Below are positions 12,061 through 24,809 of a DNA stretch of 64,000 nt, piece after piece. Each line of letters starts with the position of its first letter. Position 1 is the stretch's first letter. Origin of the DNA: Squalus acanthias (lineage: Eukaryota). Below the pieces are notes generated by a model. That model was not told the origin of the DNA, did not search any database, and saw only the letters and a list, made by a program, of their open reading frames with translations. Location: NCBI GenBank assembly GCA_030390025.1, contig CM059432.1, forward strand, positions 64,172,001 through 64,236,000, written 5' to 3'. The translations under genes and the position numbers were made by a program.

Positions 12061-14177
12061 GGTCAAGTAAAACTACAAGTGGCCTGTGAGTTTTCTAGGA
12101 TGAGGACCAGTGCCTAACTACAGATCGAGAATAACGGGGTGTGGGGGAGGGGGGTGGCGGGGTATATGGCTAAACATTTCAGCTGTGTCCATTAAACAAG
12201 GGCTCCAGCTGTCCATAACATTCTCTTGCCGGATACTGGATTTAGAAGTTTGTCAAGGAAAAATATGAAAATATTTGGTCCATTGAATAAAAGAATCAAA
12301 GTGTGCTCACCAAATGTCCCAGGGATTGAGGCATGGCAGATTATTTTCTGTATCACAGGAAAACTTCAAGGGAGGGTCAGCAAGTATATCGCACCCAGCC
12401 AAGACTGGGCCAGGAGGCAGGGTTGGTTAGCAAGGGCTGATTGGAAAATTGATGGAGATTGAAGAGCTTTTGGATCAAGGTATGTCCATTCACATTGACA
12501 AAAACTTTTGACAAGTCCAATTTTTACTGACTTTTTAAAAAAAAAATAGAAATATCACCCCAATTTTTACTAAAGATTTACTGTCCATCTTGTAATGCTC
12601 CTTATTCTGGTTTTCTTTCTCCCAATTTTTGGAGCTCGCACTGGCCCTATTCTATTCAGACAAAGACAGCAGAAGATTAGATCTACATAAAAGAAGTCAG
12701 TCACGTAACATTAGTGCACAAGCAGCATGCTTAATAACATTGAAAATTGTATCACAGTGCCACTTACAGGCATAACAGACACTTTCAAAATGAAAAATAT
12801 AGATGTTGTCAATGTATTTTGAAATGGAATGCAGTTGCCCACCTACCATTTTTTATATATAACAGACATTTTCTATGAAAAAGCAAAAACAGAAACATAC
12901 ATACAAAAGAAATGAATGAAGAATGGAAAGAAAAATGGAAAAATAGTAGCAATTGAAAGAAGAACTGTAATACTTTTAGGTGTACACATCTTTAAGAATT
13001 CATACATTTAACATCAATGAGTTTATTATACTAGATACGAACACTGCGAATTTCCTTGGCAGGTCTTTCGATCGGCCGCTGTAACTTCGGTGGAAGATCG
13101 GCAGAAACCCCGGATAGACGCGTAAAAGCATTTCCGCTGAACAGGGCTGGTACTAAAAGTTTAAAAAATATATATCTCCGTTGCTTGATGTCTTGTCCAC
13201 TTCCGTGGCCTGGACCCATTAGCCTGCTGGGGCCGAGTCCTGTCACCACCCCAACCAAGGCTATTGATGCAGGAGGGAGTAGGGCCGCAATGAGACCTCC
13301 GAACACTGGGAGTTCCCATGTCCTTGGCCTGTCAGAGGCTCAGTGGAGCATTAGCAGACTATAAGCCTGGTGAGTTGTAGGCCCCATCTGCAGGTCCAAA
13401 CCAGGATTATGGAGCAAATTTTCAGGCCAAACCTTGGTTCTTTCTGAGGGATGGCCTGATACTCCTCCCCAGACTGGTTTGTATCTGCTGCACTTTATGG
13501 CCTTGGGGAAAGCAGGAACCGGAGATGTCGTGAACACCTGTAGTGGTGGACACCTGTGCTGGGGCCTTGCAAATCAGGTGACCGCCCACTGACCCCACAA
13601 ACCCCAGTGGGGTGAGAACCAGCGGTCACAATTGGTTGTCCTGGCACTTATGACAGGATATTGCTACCAAAATGATTTGAAGTGCTTTAAGTTTTGCTAG
13701 TTTGTTACTAACTGAACTTAACAACAAACACTATGGCCTAGAAATTCGAGAGCGCTGGAAACCTGCTGGTGTCACCACGGGCCGCAGTTAGCAGCTGCCA
13801 AAATGAATGGTGCTGGCAGCACCGGGATATTGGTGCTGCTCCATAATTAACATTAGCGCAGCACTAAACTCACTGTGCAAGGCCAGTTCTCCTGGCGGTA
13901 GTACCAGCAGGAGGCCCAGTGTAGTGTGGCCATAACATCATTGCAGCAAGAACAGCCTTCTCTTAAAGGCTGTCAGTTTAGAAAGCAGTATGGTCCCTTA
14001 AAGGGGAACTTCTAAAATATATTTTTTTTTTAAAAGGCAGTTTTTAGCCCTTAGAGCTCAACTGCCTTCTGAAAAAAAATGATTAAAAAGAATTCCCAAA
14101 TGGTAGGCTAAAGCTTTTAAAGCTGAATTGCCTTCCGCACCTAAAAAGATGAGGAAAGTACTTCGGCACAAACACAA

Positions 14178-14395
14178 ATGGCTCAGCAAGCTAGGGAAGG
14201 GCTCTCAGGGTCTCGCATGCAGCGCTCCAGCTTTGTGCAGGGGGTCAACGCTGCAAGAGAGGTCCTCTACCCACAGGCGCCAGGAGGCCCTCCGGAAAGA
14301 AGGATGTGGGACCAGATCACCAAGGCCGTCACTGTCAGCAGTATCACCCCCACCACCTGGCTCCAGTGCCCAAAGAAGCTTCATGACCTCCGGGC
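14178..14395 (+). pseudogene. Harbinger Myb/SANT-like DNA-binding domain remnant
   Basis: MAQQARE...WDQITKAV...TWLQCPKKLHDL matches the W..(x)..QC.KK..DL trihelix pattern and resembles 39961-40186. Confidence 0.75.
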
Positions 14396-14596
14396 TGAAA
14401 GGATACAAGATGCTGGTATTCTCATATGTTATTCTCCTTCTGGCATACACCTCTTGATTTCCCACCCTCCCCTCACCACAACTCCACCCTTGTGCCTTTC
14501 TCAACCCAAGAAATGGAGCCTGCCCAGCCAGTGGGTGACCAAGAAGAGGAAGGGGAGAGTGAAGTAGAAGAAGAAGAAGAAACACCATTACTTGAT

Positions 14597-15246
14597 TAAC
14601 AGGTAGTTAACAGGCAGTTTTTTGCCTAATCCCTATTTTTAGCCCTGAAGTGTGGGCTTCCGGACAGGTCCGAACCATGCCGTTTTAGCGAGGCGGACCG
14701 TGGGTCTGCAGGGGTTGGAGGGGTCGATATGTCCGGTGGGCAGGTGAGTGATGGGTGCATGTGTGCAGAGGTAAGTGTGTAAGGTAAGTGTAAAGTGTGG
14801 AAAAAAGCTTTACTTACCTTAACTTCCTCCTGCAGGTGTCAGCCCTTCAGGTCTCGGGAGTCAGAAATCTCACCGGCACAGAAAGCAGAATGGCCGTTGA
14901 GCTGTCAAAAGCTGCAGCCTCTGCTTTTTGTTCTGCAGAGATCTCTAAATCAGCCTGAGAGGAAGGAATTAACTTGGAGGACAGATTGTCAGTGTTTGAC
15001 AGCTTCAAGGAGCTGTCAAACGTTGATATTTCATCTGTCAAAAGCTCTTGACAGATGAAATGTCAATCTGTGACGTCACCTGTTTCTGGGTGACCCTTAA
15101 TTGGCCTGCTGAGCCCGCTGGGCGAGCTCAACAAGGTCAATCAAGGGAAAATCGAGTGGGTTGGCCACAAGTCGATGGAGGCGGGACTACAACCCAAAAA
15201 GTGGGAGTCCCGCCTCCATCACGTCCCCATTGACAAAATCCAGCCC
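14597..15246 (-). mobile_element. Harbinger-type MITE, same family as 32710-33553, one end missing
   Basis: Reverse-complement similarity to 32710-33365; ends AAAATCCAGCCC. Confidence 0.75.
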
Positions 15247-15249
15247 ATG

Positions 15250-15311
15250 AACTCTGTTTCTCTCTCCACGGATGCTGCCTGACCTGCTGAGTATTTCCAA
15301 TATTTTCTGTC
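15250..15311 (+). mobile_element. Short remnant of the 44242-44690 Penelope-type terminal repeat
   Basis: aactctgtttctctctccacggatgctgcctgacctgctgagtatttcc matches 44585-44632. Confidence 0.8.
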
Positions 15312-18039
15312 TTCTAAGAGGCCTTCCTTTACAATCCAAGGTCTTGCATGCATCCAATAGCACTCCCTGCACACTTTAAAAACTTCCAACATGTATTGCA
15401 CCAAGCCACTACTTCAATAAATTATTAAAAATCCAGTCCAAAAGCTTAAATGCAAACTTGCCTGGAAGATGCGTGTGTCCATTTAAGAAGTGCTGACAGC
15501 ATCTCTGTCAGTCTGCTGCATGCTCGCTTTTCAGAGCGAGCTTAGGACCCAACGCTAAACTCAGCACAAAGGTCCAAGTTCGCAGAGCGTGGTGTTAAGT
15601 TGGCGTTGCACACCGACTGATGTATCACTCTCCAGATTTGCCTGTCCAGGACCAGCGCTGCTCACGGCAGCACTATGGCCCTCACCAAAATGGCGGCCAG
15701 CGAGACCTGCGCCAGAGGTGGGCTTCAGAGAAGCGGCCACCATTTTTTTCCAGGATTCTGGTGCAAACGGGTGGCAGTAAGTAGCCCAATTTTTCTCCTA
15801 CACGTGTAGTTGAAGGTCCTGACTGACAAATAACTGTAATGTTAATATCTGCCAGATGGAAATTCATATGCATTGTACCTGTTTTTGCTAGTGCTTGCAT
15901 GCTGCCTGTTGTTAAAAGTACAGGCAAATTAGTAAGTGCAGATATTTATGAGTTAACATGAAATAGTCCAAATCAAGTCACATAAGTTCAAAATCCATAA
16001 AATTTCTATATCACTCTTATCATAGGTCATACCATTTGCTGCCCGAGTATCGTAATTTTGCATAAAATGTCTCTGAGGCAGTAAGGATGCTGGCATTTGA
16101 TGCCAGCTTTCATTGTAAATAATTTAATTTGAATTATTAGGGCCAATTTTGAGAGACACTGTGGTGCCTACAGAGCCTTGCACTGCAGAGCGTGATTTGG
16201 AGAGAGATAATCGAAGCTGCATTACAGGGATGTATGAGCCTGATTGACATTCCCTAATTATTAAAATTAGGTCCCATGGTTTATAATAGTTTTTAGCTTC
16301 CCAACTTTTTGGGGGCTAATTTTAATTAGTAACTGTGGAAAAGCAAAATATGTGCAACGGATTAGGGCATGAGCCAAAACAAGCTGGACTAACAGATTGT
16401 CAAAGAAGTGAAGCTACCTTCCATGAACATAGTTGTCTTTTGACTTGCAGCTTAGCCCCAAGTGTAGCTGGAAATAGCTCTGCAGTACTTTGTCAAGGAA
16501 CATTCATCTCTTTTTAGATTTCTTTCACCTTTGTTTTTCAGCTACTTTTTAAGGTTGGTTGCCACACTTATTGGCTTCAACTTCGGATCAGTGACATCAC
16601 ATTGTCTGCTCCTAGTGGGTCATTTTGTTTTCTTAGTTAATTAATCTCTCCTTTGGCTGAGATTTATGTACTAGTTTATTGTTGGGGAAATTATTGATTA
16701 GCATGTGATCTCTTCACTGTGCTGTTTTAATTGATGTAACCTTGTATGCTTCAAGCAGACACCTTACAGAAAAGGATAGAGATTACATCCTGAGAAACAA
16801 ATTCCTCCCTCAAGTAGAGCATGAGCAGTTTTTACATAAGAGAGATAGTTGCTGATCACTGTTTCTTGGAGCGGATGGTAAATATTTTAATTGTCCGAAT
16901 GATCCAGTTTTACAAAGTGTAAGTAGGTACTTTATGAAATTGAATAAGTTTCAAATTTTAATTTATGTCAAACTAGTCAGAGCTCATCAAAACACAGAAA
17001 ATCTGTCAGAAAATATGGATTTTCCATTTTGGTCTGTGTTGAGCTCAAACTGCATAAATCATCTTCAGTGCAAGTAATGCTTGCTCTACTGATGGTGAGG
17101 TTAGTAAATTAGTCTTGAGCTGATACTTTTGTCTGTAACCTTTCCACAACAAAGTTGTGCTTTTACAGTCTGATCCACATCCTGATCATTTCCAAACACA
17201 CGTACAAAGCACTCAATTTTATTACAGTCTTCCATTTTGCCTGCTAATTTGCCTCAATTTTTTTCCACAAAATGTTTGCCTCATATAACTTCTTTCAAAA
17301 TAGGGTTCCATTGAGAATCTGCTTTGTTCACTACTTGGTAAATTTCTGATTGACTTCTACAAGGCTCCTCTATTGACCCACTGTGTTATTAGAATAGTGC
17401 ATTCATAGCACATGAAAAATAAAAAGGTCTTTGCCAATTTGTTATGTTTACACAGATTTGGTAGCAAATATCCAATTCATTCTATTAAGTTAAATAATCA
17501 TATGATCTAGTTTATCTGGTTTGCACATATATTGTCAGTTAAAACTAATTGAAGGATATGTTATGACATGAAGCTTAAGAATTCCAGATTGGCAGGAGGG
17601 ATGCTGAATGACAAGAGTTATGTTGCTTGAATCACACATTATTGGCCCCGACATTTGCGGAGGCGACTTTTAGTGGCCGATTCGGGGAACATGAAGGTCC
17701 TGCCGAATTTAACAGCAGGACCTCATTTGAAATTTTTTCACTCTGTTTGCTGCCTGGCAGCTGGCCAGATTGAGAGGCTGGTCGCTACTGGGCATGAAGG
17801 CCTATGGTAGAAGGCCGCAGCCGAGGAGCAGAGAGGAAGGAAGGAGGGAGCGATTGCGGGGTGGGGTGGGAAATAGATCATGGGAGGAGAGATTGAGCGT
17901 CTGCATCGGATCATGATGGGGGGCTGAAGTTTGAATCATGGGGGACTGAAGTTCGGATCACGTGGAGAAGGGGGGGGGGGGGCAGATCGTGGCAGGTAAG
18001 CTTGGAGGGCCTGCTCCTCCTGGCCCATAAGCATTGCTG

Positions 18040-19290
18040 GGGTACGGTAGCATAGTGGTTATGTTACTGGACTAGTAATCCAGAGGACCTAGCCCAATGA
18101 TCTGTGCGACATGAGTTCAAATCTCACCACAGCAGCTGGGGAATTTTGAATTCAGTTAATTAAATAAATCTGGAAAATAAAAAGCTAGTATCAGTAATGG
18201 TGACCATGGAACTACTGGATTGTCAGAATAAACCCATCTGGTTCACTAATGTCCATCCTTACCTGGTCTGGCCTGTATGTGACTCCAGACCCACAGCACT
18301 GTGATTGAACATAAGAAATAGGAGCAGGAGTAGCCCATCCTGCTCTGCCATTCAATAAGAGCATGGCTGATCTGATCTAGTCCTCAACTCCACTTTTCTG
18401 CCTGTTCCCCATAACCCTGGACTCCCCTGTCGTTCAAAAATCTGTCTATCTCAGCCTTGAATATATTCAATGACTCCACCTCCACAGCTCTCTGGCGTAG
18501 AGAATTCCAAAGATTCACGACCCTCAGAAGAAATTCCTCCTCATCTCTGTCTTAAATGGGCGACCCTTATGACCCCTAGTTCTAGATTCCCCCACGAGGG
18601 GAAACATCCTCTCAGCATCTACCCTGTCAAGCCCCCTCAGAATCTTATATGTTTCAATAGGATCACCTCTCATTCTTCTAAACTCCAATGAGTATAGGCC
18701 CAACTTGCTCAACCATTCCTCATAAGACCACCCCTTCATCCCAGAAATCAACTCTGAACTGCCTCCAATGCAAGTATATCCCTCCTTAAATAAGGAGACC
18801 AAAACTGTACACAGTACTCTAGGTGTGGTCTCACCAACGCAGTAAGACTTCCCTACTTTTATACTCCATCCCCCTTGCAATAAAGGCCAACATTCCATTT
18901 GCCTTCCTAATTACTTGCTGTACCTGCATGCTAACTTTTTGTGTTGCATGTACGAGGACACCCAGATCCCTCCTGCAGCATTCTGTAGTCTCTCTCCATT
19001 TAAATAATATTTTGCTTTTCTATTCTTCCTACCAAAGTGGATAACCTCACATTTTCCCACATTAAATTCTTCTGCCAAATGTTTGCCCACTCACTTAACC
19101 TGACTCTTAACAGCCCTCTGAAATGGCCCAGCAAGCCACTCAGTTGTACCAAACCGCTACAAAGAAGTATACCTTCACCTCACGGACTGCAGTGGTTCAC
19201 TACCACCTTCTCAAGGGCAATTAGGGATGGGCAATAAATGCTGGCCTTGCCAGCGACGCCCACATTCCACATGAACAATTTTTTTTAAAA
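18040..19290 (+). mobile_element. tRNA-derived SINE in two pieces (18040-18307 and 19101-19290)
   Basis: A box tagcatagtgg, B box gagttcaaatc; 3' tail ggcaattagggatgggcaataaatgctggcc shared with the LINE ends at 42290-42360 and 58402-58470. Confidence 0.8.
18308..19100 (-). mobile_element. 5'-truncated CR1
   Basis: LGLYSLEFRRMRGD, FKTEMRRNFF; aacataagaaatagg tail. Confidence 0.92.
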
Positions 19291-19751
19291 AGCACTTACC
19301 TCTGGATCTCGCAGTTCTCGCTTCCCTTTAATGGCGTGGCTGCTAAAATCTGAGGCATGCAGCCTCATTTAAATAGTATAATTCCTGACTGGCCTCTCGA
19401 GAGCAGGTTATTCGCCTGACCCCCAACCCGCCCAATTAAACTGAAAATAGACATGTTCACCGCAGCTTAGGATCAGGTTTCCCATTGTTAACCACTTTCC
19501 TCTGCCCGGTAATTCCACGGTTCTTTTCAAATGTGTTTACAATCTCAGTAGAAATAACAAATAGAGGAAATCTTCATGAATGCAATTAACATATTACTAC
19601 AAATCACAATGGGCTGAATAGTATCTTTGTATCTATCTATCCTTCCTTCCCTCCTTCCTCCCCTCCTATGATGAGTAAGATATGTATTATACAGCTGAAC
19701 ACACTCCAGTTCAGTTTTCTAATTTTTATCATATATAGGGTTTTGTATTAA

Positions 19752-20756
19752 TAGAAACATAGAAGATAGGAGCAGGAGTAGGCCATTCGGCCCCTCGAGC
19801 CTGCTCCGCCATTCAATGCGATCATGGCTGATCATCCAAATTCAGTACCCTGTCCCTGCTTTCTCCCCATATCCCTTGATCCCTTTAGCCTTAAGAAATA
19901 TATCTAACTCCTTCTTGAATATATTTAATGAATTGGCCTCAACTGCCTTTTGTGGTAGAGAATTCCACAGGTTCACCACTCTCTGGGTGACGAAATTCCT
20001 CCTCATCTCTGTCCTAAATGGCTTACCCCTTATCCTTAGACTGTGACCCCTGGTTCTGGACTCCCCAACCATCGGGAACATCCTTCCTGCATCTAGTCTG
20101 TCTAGTCCTGTTAGAATTTTATAAGTTTCAATGAGATCCCCTCTCATTCTTCTAAACTCCAGCGAATATAAGCCCAATCGACCCAATCTCTCCTCGTACG
20201 TCATTCCTGCCAACCCAGGTATCAGTCTGGTGAATCTTCCCTGCACTCCCTCCATGGCAAGAACATCCTTCCTCAGATAAGGCGACCAAAACTGCACACA
20301 ATACTCAAGGTGTGGTCTCACCAAGGCCCTGTACAACTGCAGCAAGACATCCTTGCTCCTGTACTTGAATCCTCTCGCTATGAAGGCCAACATACCATTT
20401 GCCTTCTTAACCGCCTGCTGCACCTGCATGCTTACCTTCAGTGACTGGTGCACAAGGACACTCAGGTCTCGTTGCACTTCCCCTTCTCCCAATCTATTGC
20501 CGTTCAGATAATAATCTGCCTTCCTGTTTTTGCCACCAAAGTGGATAACCTCGCATTTATCCACATTATACTGCATCTGCCATGCATCTGCCCAATCACC
20601 CAACCTGTCCAAATCATACTGGAGTTTCTCAGCATCCTCCTCACAGCACACACGCCCACCCAGCTTTGTGTCGTCTGCAAACTTGGAGATATCACATCTA
20701 GTTCCCTCGTCTAGATCATTAACATATATTGTGAATAGCGGGGGTCCTAGCACCAC
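19752..20756 (-). mobile_element. 5'-truncated CR1 with an uninterrupted 304-codon ORF2 C-terminus (19842-20756)
   Basis: [38 protein letters not shown]; no stops or frameshifts; tail at 19752. Confidence 0.96.
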
Positions 20757-20760
20757 TAAT

Positions 20761-21479
20761 GGGCCAAAATTTGCTGCAAAATAACAGTGAGGCTAATGCC
20801 ACAGCAACTTTAGGCTAGAGCAGATGCGTGATTAAACGCAGAAATCGAAAAGTTCACGAAAACGGCATCTCACATCTAGCTCCTCATTCGAATTGAGCGG
20901 CGTTAAGTTCCTGAACTTGCACGGTAGATACGAAGTAAACTCGCCACAGAAAGTTAAGTCAAGTCATTTCAAGTCTACGTACCCTTTTAACAACATGATG
21001 AGTGTTCATTACTGCCAATCAACTTCTCTGGCACTGAAAATTAACTATTACATGTGTTGAGTCTCATTCCTTCAAGTTTTAATTGTTGCTGGAGATTTTT
21101 TTTTTAATTTAACATTTTTTTTTTACTTTTTCCTTTCTGTCTCTTTTTTTCTCTCTCTGTTAATCCAATCTTTCTTTCCGTCTCTTAATTTCTCTTTCTG
21201 TACCTGGTTTGGCATTGAATTTACCCACTCTAATTTACAATTCTTCCTCAGTCCTTGCGCTGTTAATTTCACAATGCCTCAATCTGATTGATTAGGGAGA
21301 TACACAGTTGCTTGGCCTGTTCACTCAGGTCCCAGATGCCCTGTAGAGGGCGCCGCACCATTTCCATCTCGCACTCCCAGTAATTTGCAGCACAAAATAT
21401 TGTCGCCATTAAATGGGCACGGGCAAGTCTAATTAACAGCGGGCGCTGGCTGTTGCCCTGCCACAGGAAATTCTGGGCC
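20761..21479. mobile_element. Harbinger-type MITE
   Basis: Imperfect TIRs GGGCCAAAATTT / AAATTCTGGGCC; flanks aat and att. Confidence 0.7.
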
Positions 21480-21976
21480 ATTACTTTTTTTATATTTTAA
21501 GTTCATAACCTAGAAATTTCTGCAGATAAAGGATTATGTCAACAGCAATTGTGTGGTAGAGTACAGCAAATTATGGGAGTTCCGAATTTCTGTGCTTCCT
21601 CTCCTTTGTAAGGTTATTTGCCATTGATACTCAAGAGGAAAGCCTGTAAAATTGCTATCTTCACACACCAGATTTGCAATTTGTTAATCTTGCCAAAATG
21701 ACAGGTTGTTAGAGCTCAGGCATGTTCTTGCATGTGAGGAATCAAGGTAACTGCTGAGTTTTGAACTCTTGAATCTCCGTGTATCAGTTATTGAATTCTT
21801 GCCTTAGATAGGGATGAGTACAAGAGTTGTTACTGATTCTAAGCAGAATGATTGGGAGTTCTTTGCAGAAGACATTGCTGTCTTTAGTGTAATCTATGCA
21901 CTGAGCAACTCGAAGTTAGTAGCACAGGAGATATATTAATAGTTAGAGGACTTCTTGAATTTAATTTTTTTGAAAT

Positions 21977-23035
21977 AAGTTTCTGGTCAATGGTGACCCC
22001 CCCAGGATGTTGATGGTGGGGGATTTTAATGCTGTTGAATGTCAAGGGGCGGTGGTTAGACTCTCTTTTGTTGGAGATGGTCATTGCCTGGCACTGGTGC
22101 GGCTCGAATGTTACTTGCCGCTTATCAGCCCAAGCCTGAATGTCATCCAGGTCTTGCATGTTGGCATGGACTGCTTCATTATCTGAGGAGTTGCGAATGG
22201 AACTGAACACTAACATCAGCAAACATCCCCACTTCTGACCCTATGTTGAAGGGAAGGTCATTGATGAAGCAGCTGAAGATGGTTGGGCCTAGGACACTGC
22301 CCTGAGGAACTCCTACTGCGATGTCCTGGAGCTGAGATGATTCAACAACAACAACCACAACCATCTTCCTTTGTGCTAGGTATGACTCCAGCCAGTGGAG
22401 ATCCTTCCCCCTGATTCACATTGATTTCAATTTTACTAGGGCTCCTTGATGCCATACTTGATCAAATGCTGCCTTGATGTCAAGGGTAGTCACTCTCACC
22501 TCACCTCTGGAATTCAACTCTTTTGTCCAGGTTTGGTCCAAGACTGTAATGTGGTCTTGAAATGAGTGGTCCTGGTGGAACCCAAACTGAACATCGGTGA
22601 GCAGGCTATTGGTAAGTGCCGGTCGACGACACCTTCCATCACTTTGTTGATGATTGAGAGTAGACTGATGGGGGGGTAATTGGTCGGATTGGATTTGTCC
22701 TGCTTTTTGTGGACAGGACATACCTGGGCAATTTTCCACATTGTCGGGTAGTGTTGTAGCTGTTCCAAAACAGCTTGGCTAGAGGCGCTGCTGGTTCTGG
22801 AGCATAAGTCTTCATCTTCAGAATGATAGTTGTTGTCAGGGTCCATAGCCTTTGCTGTATCCAGGGGAAGCAGCCATTTCTTGATATCACGTGGCGTGAA
22901 TCGAATTGGCTGAAGGCTGACTTCTGTGATGATGGCGACCTCAGGAGGAGGCCGAGATGGATCAACCACCTGGCACTTCTGGCTGAAGATGGTTGCGAAC
23001 GCTTCAGCCTTTACTTTTGCATTCACTTTTGCTAG
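21977..23035 (-). mobile_element. CR1-group LINE RT fragment, second family
   Basis: [39 protein letters not shown]. Confidence 0.9.
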
Positions 23036-23189
23036 TCTGTGGGACAGCTCTCTGAATTTCGGCACAGGTCCCCAGATGTTAGTGAGGAGGACTTAACAGC
23101 ATCGACTGGGCTGGGTGTGCCTTTGTCGTGTCCGGTGCTTAGGTCGATGCCGGGTGGTCCGTCTGGTTTTATTCTTTGTATACTTCTTT

Positions 23190-23517
23190 GTAGCAGCTTG
23201 GTACAACTGAATAACTTGCCAGGTCATTTCACAGGGCAGTTACCAGTCAATCACATTGCTGTGGGTCTGGAGTCACATATAGGCCAGACCAGGTAAGGAC
23301 GGCAGATTTCCTTCCCTAAAGGACATTAGTGAACCAGATGGGTTTTTCCGGTTGTTTCATGGTCACTATTACTGATACTAGCTTTTTATTCCAGATTTAT
23401 TAATTAACTGAATTTAAATTCCCCAGCTGCCGTGTTGAGATTTGAACTCATATCCTCCGGATCATTAGTCCAGGCCTCTGAATTACGAGTCCAGTGACAT
23501 AACCACTATGCCACTGT
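23190..23517 (-). mobile_element. tRNA-derived SINE, same family as 18040
   Basis: Reverse complement of the 18040-18307 and 19101-19150 sequence; B box seen as gatttgaactc. Confidence 0.8.
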
Positions 23518-23759
23518 TCAGCAAACTTTCAACCAGTTTCACATCTTTCAACAAAGATGGCCTTCTCAATTCTATGCTACCGAACCCGAGTTGCCAGTGT
23601 TGTCAAATGGCGCCTGTGCCTCCCATTGCATCTACAGGTCCAGTCACAGATACTTGGCAATGATTGAATACCAGTGACTCCAGAGTCTCTGGTTTAGCAG
23701 GAAGACAGTTCCAGTGTGACGGGACGCGCTTTTACCTCTCCCTGCCTGGTGCAAACTGG

Positions 23760-24386
23760 GCATAGGAGCAGTTAAAATGAGGGAAATCACTTCCTTCCTC
23801 TGATTCTGCTGCCTGCCCACCGTGCCCTGATCTTGACCTGCTCATTTGAGCAGGCGAGTGGGACACCCGCAGACAGGAAGTGGGGTCATTATTTAAATAT
23901 GCTGATCAGGTTCCAAATACTCCCGACAGCAATATTAGTTGGAGGCCCGAGCAAGGGAAGCATTGATGGCTTCATCATCAGCCCAGACCTGCCGGAAGCT
24001 GGATTGTGGACCAGAAGGGGCCCAGGCAGGTAAGTTTAAAATAAAAAGTGTAATTTTAGGTTTTCTTGAGTGTGCTCCCTCAGGCCTCTTGAGGAAGACT
24101 TGTGCCTCCACCAATCGCCACCAGAGCTCCCCTTCCCCCCTCAACTAACTGCTGGGAACCATTCCCAAGTTTCCCCAGTTGTGGCCTCCTGCCGTTGAAT
24201 TACCTGCTCCTGCTCACCAGCCAGGTTGTGGGTCTGGCCGAGTTTAGGTGCGATTCCAGGAGAATTTATGTAAATGAAGCCGGGCCCGTAAGATCAGCCA
24301 AGCCTCTACGTCCCCAGACTCCCCAGGTTCGCCACCCGCTTCGGGGCTCACGCGCACCTACCCGACCCCTCTTTAAAATCGGGGCC
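23760..24386 (-). mobile_element. Harbinger-type MITE
   Basis: Ends AAAATCGGGGCC; shares tcattatttaaatat and ttacctg motifs with the other MITEs. Confidence 0.5.
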
Positions 24387-24809
24387 ATGCTGTCTGCTTT
24401 TGAAAGATCTGCAGAGGACCTTGAGCACAGGTACAGAAATAGCATGGTTGGCAAGGTGACTGAGGCCATCAATTTTTAAGTCACCCAGCTTCTTCTAAAC
24501 TACCACAATGGGACATCTGCAGTATCAGCTAGATTGCTGTGTATAGATGTAGCAACAACAACTTACATTTGTAAAGTGCCTTTAAGAGACTGATGGTCTA
24601 ATGTTGTGGTGGGTGGGGGGTGGGGGGGGGTCAGGCAGGGTTAGCTATCCTACCATTATTTTCGGGACCGTCCTGGTGCATGTTCGGGCCTTGTTATTTC
24701 AATTCATGGGGCACTGGCACCAGTACTGGGGAAAGAGGGAGCTGTTCCGTTAGAATGGGCTCCACTTAAACCGGGCTGGGACCAGTGTCCTGGCAAATTG
24801 AATAACTAG

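Larger units (their letters stand above)
13735..15799 (+). mobile_element. Decayed non-autonomous Harbinger derivative
   Basis: Ends GGCCTAGAAATT and CAATTTTTCTCC; internal Myb/SANT-like remnant; could be more than one element. Confidence 0.55.
17644..19500 (+). mobile_element. Harbinger-type MITE split by a SINE and a CR1
   Basis: Starts GGCCCCGACATTT; similar to 54244-54819 and 46883-47512; resumes near 19290. Confidence 0.6.
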
